Shown: piece after piece, positions 12,601 through 24,600 of the stretch
Layout: each line of letters begins with the position of its first letter
Position numbering within the stretch: position 1 is the first letter of the stretch
From: Phoronis australis
Lineage: Eukaryota > Animalia > Phoronida
Reading direction: 5' to 3'
Assembly: GCA_002633005.1 (NCBI GenBank)
Contig: NMRA01000612.1
Coordinates: 62,001 to 126,000 of the forward strand
Length of the DNA stretch: 64,000 bases
Notes under the pieces: model-generated
Seen by the model: only the letters and a program-made list of their open reading frames with translations
What the model was told of the DNA's origin: nothing
Database searches by the model: none
Made by a program: the position numbers and the translations under genes

Positions 12601-15600
12601 CATTTTTTTTGATGTTTCTGACAACATGTTAACATTGAAGACAATTCCTAAAGGTTGAAATTGTTTAAAGGTTTGTTCTTTGAACCAGTGGCTGTGTAAA
12701 GCCTGGTGTCAAAAGACTTTATGTGCAGTTCTAAGAAAATATTTAGCTGAATTGTTTTTTGTTTAACTCTTTTAAATATCATTGGAAGTTTCTGCAGCAT
12801 CTCATGTGTGCTCAAATTAGTTTTAGTTTGTCATGCAAGGAATTGATAGACATCAATGCACATTCAAATATACCATAATTAATTAAACAATTCATTGAGA
12901 CTTGCTGCATTAACGTACCTCTGTGTATCCTTAGTATTCTATTCAGCAGTGTGGTTTACTGTAGTCTTGTTCATTCTAAGCATAGTTTAAATCATTGCTT
13001 GTTAAAAATGATTATTATTACGACGTTCCTTAAAGTCAGTTTAAACCTTTACTCATTTCGTTAATGAGAAATAATGACTCTTTGGTCTCGATGTTTCATT
13101 GCACAGCTGTCAAGTGCTGTGATTTTGCTGTTCATGTCAAGATCATTTAAGTAATGTTGAAGTGCTAATGGTCATGTTGGCTCTTTTAGTACCGAGTTAT
13201 TACCATTGCATTTGTGTACATGCATGAAATGGATTGTAATCAATTTCTTAATTCAATTTCAGCATTTCAATTGACACTGTGCTAATCTTGTTTTATTTTC
13301 TCTTTTCTCCGTACTTTCCAACCTCCCTCTCCTGCTTTCTATCGACCTAATCTAGGGTACATTGGAAGATCAAATTGTGCAGGCTAACCCTGTACTGGAA
13401 GCTTATGGTAATGCCAAGACAACGCGTAACAACAACTCTTCACGTTTCGTAAGTAACGTCTGTCCAGTGGTGGTGGCCCCTGTATAGATGTGTGACACCG
13501 CACCCTCTTGACACCCTCTAGTTCATCTAGTTTCACCCCTTTTCAGGAGGCTCCCTGTGGCGACCCATTCTCCCACCGATGACACTGTGTGTTTTGTACT
13601 GGTGTGATAGCACTGTGTTCACTACTCTTGTCACCTGTAACATACTTCCTTACTAATATGTGTGTCAACCACAGGGTAACTTAGAAGATCAGATCATCCA
13701 GGCAAATCCTGTGCTGGAGGCCTTTGGTAATGCAAAGACTGTGAGAAATAACAATTCCTCTCGGTTTGTGAGTATTCAGCCCAATATGTGTCATTTCAAA
13801 CCAAATGCAAATCTAAAGCCAGTTTGATGCATTGATTTGCATTTGGTTCTAAAATTTGTTTTCCTTATTGGTATATCTACATGTTAACTAATACCTATTT
13901 TATTAGACCCGGTGTGACCCTTGTATAGTTTACACAGAAAACCTGCCTATGTGAAAAATCCTTGATTTGAAAATGTATGTTAGATATGAGTTTGAACTAC
14001 TTACACATATTCTAGAAGTAGCACATATTGCATGTCATTACAAGGTCACTTCGCCATGTCATTATACAGCACATCACAAACTCAACCTTATCTTTGACCA
14101 TGCAGGATGATGAATTGTCCAATTTGTTGCAAAGCGTGAAAAGTAAAACTCTATTGCAGGTTGTTTTGATTATGACAACAACTAGTGTCTTGTTCAAGTA
14201 CACAACCAATGATTGAATATTTCCTGATTTCATTGAGGTTGATTGCAAGATTGACCACAGAGATATTTGTACTTATTGCAAAACATTGCCATTTTAAAAT
14301 TTTAGTCGGATGGACAGATTTTGCAATTTTCTTTAGTGTTCTTCAACAACATTTGAGTACTCTTTAAGCCTGATTGAAATTTCTGTAAATAGCTTTTGTA
14401 ATTGAGACAATATTTACAAAATTTGATATTGTAAGTTTCTCACTGACAAATTGTTCATTGTGTTTAGGGTAAATTCATCCGAATCCACTTTGGTACAACT
14501 GGAAAGATTGCTGGTGCTGATATTGAGACTTGTAAGTTGCCCGTTACTGTTTCACCTTGTAAAAATTCAAACATTACGCACAGTGATTGATAATTAACAA
14601 GAATTCCGCTACTTGTACCATATCAAAAACTCCCATTGGTGGCGATGTCTTTGACAATTCACTTTTAATATTTGTATGTTTGTGTGTAGTTGTCTAGTAA
14701 TTATATACCATGCTTACTTACTTATGTTATTTACTTGATTCACCTACTGGTGCTCTGTGTGGATTCATAACCTAACGCTTCATTGTAGATCTGCTGGAGA
14801 AGTCACGTGTCACCTTCCAACAGAAAGCTGAGAGAAACTACCACATTTTCTATCAACTGTTGTCCAATGCTTACCCAGAATACAACGGTCAGTACTATCC
14901 TACCATTGAAAATTCATTTCCTATTCGTTTTGTCTAAATTTGTATGCAGTTTCAAAAGGTTTAAATTATTGTTGATACTTTCTCCTATTTAACAAACAGG
15001 CTGATGAAAAGACATTTAGAGGAAAAATGTTCATGCATTTCTCTTTACATTTTGCTATTGTTAACTGTTTTGCAAGATATGTAAAATATATTACCAACTA
15101 GCAGCATGTAGGTTAACAGTGTTATTTTTGTCATCACCAGAGGCCATGCTGATCCAGCCTGACCCTGGCATGTTCAGCTTTATAAATCAGGGTATGCTCA
15201 CAATTGATGGTATTGATGATGTGGAGGAAATGAGGATAACTGATGTAAGTGCTATTTTGCATACTCCATCATTTCAATGTAGTCAGTCTACATTACAAAA
15301 TCTCAAGCAGTGGGTGAAACTTAACATTTTTGTACTTTGAAACAATCCATTCTTGCTGTATGTGAGTGGTTTCAGTTTCTTTATTTTGTAGGTTTCTTAT
15401 ATTTTGGAGGGCATAAAACAATTCAAATTCTCTCTGGAACATTATGTTCTTATGTCATTACCCCAAGTTATTGGTGAGCTGACTAGCTTGTTCCAGAACA
15501 TTCTGATAGATTCTTTAGAAGCGATGAGTACAGTAAAAAGGGTGTCATGGCCAATGACTTTTATTTAGGTTTAATTGTTTTCGCTAATTTCCATGCCGGC

Positions 15601-18600
15601 AGTTTTCATAGCTTTCCCACTGAGACTGTTTGTAATAGAGTAAGGTAATATGGGTTTGGGGTTAATTCTGTGCATTATTTGTGTTTGGCAGATGGTGTAA
15701 TACCAAAACCAAGTGTTTCACTTTAATGAATTTTTGTTTTTAGGAAGCTTTTGACATCCTGGGCTTCACCAAGGAGGAGAAGATGAGCTTGTACAAATGC
15801 ACAGCTAGTATCTGTCACTTTGGTGAAATTAAGTTCAAACAGAGGGGTGAGCAGGCTGAGGTAGACGGAACAGCCGAGGCTGAGAAGTGCGCCTTCTTGT
15901 TGGGCGTCAATGCCAAGGATTTGTTGTCATCCATCTTGAAGCCAAAGGTCAAAGTCGGCACTGAGTTCGTTACCAAGGGCCAGAACCAGGCTCAGGTATA
16001 TTGATTTAATCATTACTGTGTTTGGCAATAGATATAACACTTTACTTACGATTTCCAAAAATTGGCAGGTCTGTTACAATGTTGTATACCACTACTTAAT
16101 CACACTGGTATACACATCTGTGGAAGGAGTTATAAAATCTTAATTTTTAATGTTTTTGCAATGTTTCTTTGATTTAGTTATTTCTTTTTGATTTACTTAC
16201 GTGAACCCTGGTCCATAATACATGCCATGAAATTTACCCAGTGCACTGTGTCGCTCTGCCATGTAGTATACCAGTACACTGTCACGTTTGCAACATTAAC
16301 ATGACCTTGTACTTAATGCAGGCTTTTTTTTCCAGTGTCAATATGCAGTGGCTGCTATCTCTAAATCTCTGTACGACCGCATGTTCAAATGGCTGGTCAT
16401 GAGAGTGAACAAGACTCTGGACACAAAGATGAAGAGGCAATTCTTCATTGGTGTGCTTGACATTGCTGGATTTGAGATCTTTGAGGTGTGTACAACAACC
16501 CACTCATGGTTTGGTGGCACTGAGTCGAGTGTTAGCAAACTAACTTAAAGTAAAATATAGACCTGTGCAGTGAGACTCTGTTATTCTCTACATCTGATAC
16601 GATCGTGGATTAACCCAAGTTTTAATGTCTGAAGTATGACAATTACATCTTGTTATACATATTACGAACAATGATGTTTTCAGATGTGAATCATTTCTGC
16701 ATGAAAAGTACACAGTGTACTTCCTTTGGTATGTGTTTATAATTTGGTGAAAAATAGTGTGATACAATCCTTTACTCTATATAATCATCTGGTCAGTAGT
16801 CACATACCATGTGCCTAGCTGAAAGCACTGAAGGTTTCCTGGTGTACTTCAAAGCTCATGCCCACTAGCAAAGAAAACAAATATAGAAAACCTGTTTCTA
16901 TGCTTACAGTACAATGGCTTTGAGCAGCTGTGTATTAACTACACAAATGAGAGGCTTCAGCAGTTCTTCAACCACCACATGTTTGTGCTGGAGCAGGAAG
17001 AATACAAGAAAGAAGGTATCCAATGGGACTTCATTGACTTTGGTATGGACTTGCAGGCCTGCATTGAGCTTATTGAGAAGGTAGGTGGGCAATTAACAGA
17101 TTTCAAAGTAGTTTTAGCAAGCTTCTTGCTATGGGGATGCAGCAGCTTGCGAGGTAAATGTGGCTGTGTTTTTGTAGTTTAATAATTTATTGAAATAATC
17201 ACAGATACTTAACAGAATGGGTTGCTCTGTTTGCGTAAAAATCTTTTTACTGGTCCCAGTTGCCGCTGGAGAGCATTGATTTTTAAAAAGCTTACTTTTT
17301 ATATATTAACAATTTATAGCACATTAAAGCATAAATAGATATGAAAACATAAATAAATCACAAGTGAAATTTAAAAACTGAAGTGATGGCAAGTGACACA
17401 TGACAAAAATATCTGAAACATGACAGGAGATATATGATGTTCAAACGATTTTCAACTGGGCTTTTCAGGGCTTGGAGAAAATAAATGTAATTGTTGGATC
17501 TTTAGGGAAAAGGTGACAGTTTGCTTGGTCTTTGTGCTTCCTATTTTGGTGTAAATGCTGTTTTGTAACAAGAAGTTGTAGTTGTGCCACGGATTGTAAC
17601 AGAAACGAATGGTGTCACACGAACAATAGTGGTTGTATTTATCATGCTATGAACAGTCCCACTAAATAAGATTGATCCTAACCCCGGTCGTCAAGGTAAA
17701 CGGTGGGGTATGGAAAATTGAACTAGACCGTATTTATCCACCTTGGCTGAGTCGCGCTCGGCTCGCGATCAAAGGGATGCCGCCAAGCTGCTCTCTTCAT
17801 CGAGTCACGAGCAAGGATAATTGGCTTTGCTCATGCGGATATGATCAGCTGATTACAATCTACCTAGCAGACTGTACTTTTTATGGAGAGAGTTACAAGT
17901 AGTTTTTACTGTAATATTTGAAAAGAGGAGCGAAAACAAATATGAGTACAACTTTGAATTTTTCAAATCGGCCCAGGATAAGAGATTTTGCAACACAGCA
18001 ACACTCACGATTACTTTCATTCGGCGCGCACTAATACAAAAATATAGGACCCAAGTTATTTAGATTTTGGAACACATGCATTGCAATATTCAAAATACGT
18101 TTATTATGAATCTTACAAGCTGTAAAACGACGTTGTTAATTTCATTGTGTTCATTCATTGTCATCCGTCAAATCGGCAATTTCCGAGATGTGATCTGCGG
18201 CGTGCGCGTATGTGTACAAAACACGTGATTGTTATGTTCCTGAAGTACGAAAATTAAGAAACTTTAGCATGCCGTTATTATTGACAGGGACACGATAAAA
18301 CGAATTTGGATTTTGACTATAGTCTTGATACAGCGAGCTGGCTGACCACTGCGTCAGTGTCTCCGTTAGACCCAGAAATTTCACACAGCCCGGGTAGTTC
18401 ACTTCGTCCCCAACATGTAGATCGAGCCTTGGACTATTAATACTCCACGGTAGAGCTAACGACCGTCGGCCTGTGCACACAAAATCTGTGAGTAAACCAG
18501 CACTCACCTTGCACGTTGCAGCCGTTTAAATGAAAAAACAATCTAGTAAACGCCATTTTCCTGCATAATCCTCCGCCTTTTGTAACAAAAAAGTCTATCG

Positions 18601-21600
18601 TCGATGACCCACACACGCACGCTCCGGCACTCACTCTCATACGCATACGAACTTCAAAACAAACGTCACGTGACAACAACATGTGTGTTCATCCAGAGAT
18701 TTTTCTCGTGTTCTGGGGTACGATGTAGCGCAGATTTGCACTTAATCGCAATTAATCTGGACTCCACATGAACTTTAAAAATTGTAGAACATAAGGAAGA
18801 TTTCAGGTAATTTGTTGAGTCGAAACTATATTTTTATTCAAGAGTTCAAGTTTTCCTGTTGACGATGGCGATTCAGCGATGCATTAGTCGGCAAGTTTTC
18901 GCCCTGTGATGAGCACAATTTTTTGAAAAATTATCGTAATTTAACAACGGAAGTTCATAGCAATGCACCACAATTTTGTAGAAAGACTGTCATAGGCTAA
19001 AAATACGTCACAGAGCGTAAATTTTATGAATCCTAGCTTCCGATTTTACCCGTTTGGGAAACCGGCTTTCAATTGCCGTAGGCTACAATAAGAATCCCCT
19101 CCCCGTGAAACGGAATTTTTCTAAGCATTTGTTAGAGCCAATACAGTGTACAGCTTTCCACCAAGGCTAGGTGATGCTAGGACATTATTCTTTGTTGCAT
19201 TAGTAACTGGTCTTGGCTAATTATCATTTTATGGCCTGGTCATCCATTCAGGCAAAAGTAGTTCTAGAGGTGGCTTATCAGCCAATTATTCACGCATGCT
19301 GACTCACAATAGAAGCCTGATAAGAGTGAAGGTGGATAAATGCAGTGTTCCTACAGTTTCTTGTAGTGGATGTGTTCACGACATGTTCAGTAACGCATGC
19401 TCTTCCAGCCCATGGGTATCTTGTCCATCCTTGAAGAAGAGTGTATTGTGCCCAAGGCCACAGATCAGACCTTCAAAGAGAAGCTCTACTCTAACCACCT
19501 TGGGAAATCGCCTAACTTTGGCAAACCGAAGCCGCAAAAGGGTGGAGTTGAAGCTCATTTTGGTCTCAAGCACTACGCTGGAACTGTATGTATCATGATA
19601 TTTATTATTTTATTTAATTATTTATTATTTTTTAATGTGAAAAATACACCCGGTCAGCCTTCCTTCAGTTATTACCCACGTGTGTTCCTGGACTTTTTCA
19701 CTGTTCTTAATATATGTGCCATGTTACATTTACCGATAACTTGTTTCTCAAACATTGTAAGATATCTTTACTTGAACATCATATGATTGTATAGTATTTC
19801 ACTAATCTGTGTTCTGGTTTATTCTTTTAGGTAACCTCTTCACCTTGCCCCAAGTTCTGATTCCCTGTGCAGTCTAGCCCAATTTAGTAAACATGCTATT
19901 TAAAATGAGTTTCATATCTAGAACCCACTACAACTTTTATCGAAGCATTCAAATTTCACACTATTTTTACAGAAACGTTTCAAAAACTCAATGAAAATTC
20001 AATGTCTGGCATATTTGCTTATTGATACATTTAAGCTAGGACCAATATCACTCCCAGATTTAAGCAATTGTGATAGGCTGTTGTTGTTTGTGTGTGTTTT
20101 TAGTTTCATTCTGGTTTTAACTATATCCATGATCCCAGGTACAATACAATATCTCTGGTTGGCTAGAAAAGAACAAGGACCCTATTAACGACTCTGTTGT
20201 CCGGTGTCTCTCAGCCAGTAAAGAGGCATTAGTGCAACTCCTTTTTACAAACCCTGGTAATTATACAGACTGCAGTAGTAGATAGGCTAACCCCTTTCCT
20301 ACTAGGCTAACCCCCTTTCCATGCAAACCTCTCGTAGAATGTGCACATGCTGCTCATGTCGGCTCTCATGCTTTTAAACTTGCAAAATGGTTGACATTTT
20401 ATTGAACTATAATGTTGGTTCATCATCTTCACAAACTCCTGTTTTGTCTATTAATATACTGTGTGGAGCTTTTTGTTATGCAAGTTAACGTTTCTCAGTT
20501 CGCAACTACTTTATGGACAAAATGGAGATCATTAATCGTTTCTGGAGCTCTACTAGTCACAAACACTCTGAAGTTCGGGATTTTAGTTGTCCTCATCGCT
20601 GTATGGAGTTTCCAAAACTGAAAACATGAGCAGCTAGCTGCAGTTGTAGTTTACCAGTCAGTAAAGCAATCTACGGCCAGCTGGTGTTAATGGTAGGTGT
20701 GTCCTCCTCACTGTGTCCTCTTTACTTTCACTCAAGTCTTATAATGTCATATTCTTACAGATGTTGCTCCACTTGTTTATGGCATAAATGATTAATTCCA
20801 GGTACCGTACAGTCTCCATGGATGGCTTGAAAAAAACAAAGATCCCATTAACGAATGTGTCGTGGGTGTTTTGAAGGAGTCCAAGGATCCTTGTGTGGCT
20901 TACTTTTTTGGGGCTTCAGGTATAGATCCCTCTCTCTAGGAGATCCTCCCGTGAGATTTAGATCAGACCCTGGGTGTTTTCATCTTTTACAGAGTTCCCA
21001 GTGAAACGGTGTGGTGTTTCAATACCCCTCTGTAGAACAGACATCCGCATATTAACATCATCTCACTTTCAGCGAGTTGTGGTGTGTGTTTTGATTAATT
21101 GTTTCCTGGTGAATGTGTCCTGAAGAGATTCAGGTAGTAAATCATGACTTGGTGAGTCAGCAGTACTACATCGTACAAACTCTGTACTAGGTAAGCTACA
21201 GTGTAGATGGCTGGTTGGAAAAGAACAAAGACCCAATCAATGATTGTGTTGTCCAAGTTCTGAAGGAGTCAAAAGATGCTTTGGTTTCAATGTTCTTCGG
21301 CACGAAAGGTATACAGTGTGATGCATTCATTCCCTTCCCCACTGGTGTATCTGTGAGTGTCCAACATCTCCATTGTTGCATTGCAGGGACTTGATCATCC
21401 CATCTGCTTTTTCACATTCAAGGTTCTCTTGATACTAAACACCCAAATTCAAGTGTTGAGAGTTGACCTATGGTGGTGTGTCCCCTTTTTTGTCCTGTCT
21501 TGCTCGCCCCAGTGTACTCCTTGTCCTTGTTCTCCTCAGGTGAATTACACCATAACAGGGTGGCTAGAGAAGAACAAAGATCCCATTAATGACTGTGTTG

Positions 21601-24600
21601 TGTTACTACTGAGAGAGTCCAAAGAGCAGCTAGTCGCAAGCTTATTTGGAGCCCATGGTACGGACACAATACGACGGTGTCAACACAGTTGCGGAACTCT
21701 TGCTTTGTATTATAGCATCACATACACATTCGTGTTGAGTAGCTGTTCTAAAGAATTCAATCGACTGGTCTTTGGTTATCAGGAAGGAATGACTTTGGAA
21801 GCAGCACTGTTGTTTGGCATGACATCACCTCTTTTTCAGCCCACCAGATGAAATATGTGTTCACCACATGTGTGATCTGTACTTGTGTGTTATTGTGTCT
21901 TCCACGTTTTGTGACCACACCACTGTCACTTCTGTGTCTGCGTGTGTGTTTTACATTACGATGCATGTTTACCTTTACCTGTTGTTATCCCTAGGTCCAA
22001 TATTTTGTCACAGGATGGCTTGATAAGAACAAAGACCCAATCAATGACATTGTAGTGACAATTTTAGCGGAATCAAAGGATGCATTGGTTCAAAAACTGT
22101 TCCAACGACCAGGTCTTGTACATTTTCAATTTCAATGCTACCACTGCTGGATGGCTTGATGAACGTGATTGGCTCAGTATTAATCAAGTGCTTTTCTATG
22201 TTGAACAGAAACAAATCTTGATACTTATAGAATGTTGGTGGCTGTTTTTGCTGCTACGAATGCCCAGGCAATATCTTTTGATTGGTCAAACAATCTTAAC
22301 ATGTAGAGATTGTAAACCATTGCGTTTGTTCCAATGTCATCACTGTGCATGCTGCCGCCATTAATTTTCTGTCTACTTGTTTGTTGTTCTTCTACAAGAA
22401 TTTGGAGTTCAGCCGAGCTTTGCTTCATACAATTCGTACAATATCCACATGTCTACTGAAGTTCAAACTGTGTATTGTGTGTGGTTGCATGTTTGTCCAC
22501 AGAGTCTCTTTGTTCTGAGATTCTGATGCTTTGCAAGTAAGTAATGCCTACAGTATGGCAAGCTGTGTATATGACATGTTCTGGGTTGGAGCTAAGGCAC
22601 TCTGGCAGCTGTCTGCCTTGTATGAGCTACTGTACACCTGACAGGTAACTAGTAGTAATAGTTCACTAGACTAGACACTGCTTGCACCATAGTATTATCT
22701 GCTATTCATGGATTGCTGTTTTGTATGAATCATTGTGCAATAGCTCATTATTTAAATCTTACTACACATTGCTCTTACTGCTGTTACTCAATTAAAGGTT
22801 GTGCTTGGTCATGCGTGCTTTTGAAATTATGAACGTTGTTTTTAAATGTTTATTTCAAAAATAGAATGTGCTATAATTGGGGTTCAGCCCTGACAGGGAT
22901 AGAAATATTGTCATGGAATGATGTCACTTAGCAACGAACAATTGAACTTACTGATAACCAGTTGCAAACTCATTTGATCAACATTAAACATTAAATTAAG
23001 CATTTTTCCTTACTTAAGCTATGTTAGATGGTTCTTGGTACCAGACTTTATTTCATCTCCTACTTTTGTAACACTTGGAGAAGAAATGTAATTTGACTCT
23101 TATGTTGATTAATTCCGATGCAGCATTAAGTAGGTTGAGCCAAAGTCGCACACTTAAAGTAAGCCAGTTATTGGTAGTGAATCTTAAAGCTGAAGTAATC
23201 AGTAAACTTCATTTGGTCCACATATTTTCGAATGCTAACTAACCATGGTAAAGAACTGGGCAAAAAAGGTTGCCATCCTAAAACGTGAACAAAAACAATG
23301 GTTTTCAAAAGATAGCTCTGGCTGCGTGGAACTTTAATGAAAATTATGTGGTTGTTAAATAGGTTGGGTAAATGGTTGGAAAGTGTGTAAAATGTGTCTT
23401 AAATTGACCAAGTATCCCAAACTAGTCTTTTGTAATGGAGAATATGTATCATATTGTTGACTGGCCATTGCAGATGATGATGCTGCCCAGTCTACTGGTA
23501 AGAAGAAGAAGAAGTCTGGTGCTTTCCAGACTATCTCAGCCGTCCACAGGGTAAGTTGTATAGTGCATAACAGTCAAGTCTTGTGGTCACTTTCGATTCA
23601 CATTAAGTCATCTCAAGCACAACATATTGTATTATTGTGTTATGTTCATTGTATTTGTACACGAGTCATTTCTCAAGAATATGCAAGTTCTTAACTATAT
23701 GTGCTGTATCTGTAGTCCACTGTTGCTGGTTTCACTGAAAGATTTACAACCTATTTCAGTTTTAAATCTAATTGTCGCCAGTGACAACTGTTTAGTTACA
23801 ATTTTTCCAGAGATTTAATCAAGTTTAAAGAAACTTTTTTAAGTTCAGAAATGAAGCATTGACGTAATTTTCAGTTATGACACAAGTTCAAAAGGTCGTA
23901 AAGCTACTCCGTTTTAGTGAGCCTGCTATTATTACCAAAATCTTGTCAATTCATAAGTTAGAGCACATCTACCAATAATTATGCAAGAACTAATGGACGT
24001 CATTGACAACCGTCTTGTCATTCCACTTTACAATGTTTTGTAAATTAGCTTGTAGAAAATTAAAGTAGGAAGAAACGTTGATGGTAATCCTAAGTAACCA
24101 CTGGCTAATATTATCCATTGCAATCTTACCTATCCAGGAATCCTTGAAGAAATTGATGCTTAATTTAAATGCAACACAACCACATTTTGTTCGCTGCATC
24201 ATTCCAAATGAAAACAAACAACCAGGTTTGTAAAGTATCATGGGGCTGCAGTACTTTAATCCAAAATTTTAAGATTCGTCTGATGCCATTACTTTTTGCT
24301 GGTGTCAGCATATTTGGTTTTTAAATCATGAACGCTGTGGCATGAATGGTGACAAATCAAATTGAGAATCTTGAAGTTCTGGAAACTGTCTTGGTGCAGC
24401 CAGGGTGCTTAAATTGGCGGAGTAACATCTTTAGGTTTTGGTTTGACAACCGCTAGAGTTCCACACTCATAACCAACTCTGCACACTTTGTTCATTTCTA
24501 CTGTTTCTTATGATTTCTTTACTGTTAACAGTGTCTGACTAACTCTTCTCTTTTCGCCTCTGGCCAACAGGAGTCACTGAGCAAACTGATGCACAATCTT

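Noticed and set aside
19586-23473. Dscam-like docking/selector pairing for the five-exon cluster (CTGCAGTAGTAG-like words vs CTACTG)
   Set aside because: Only 7-8 bp matches were found by eye, which is expected by chance; needs a comparative fold
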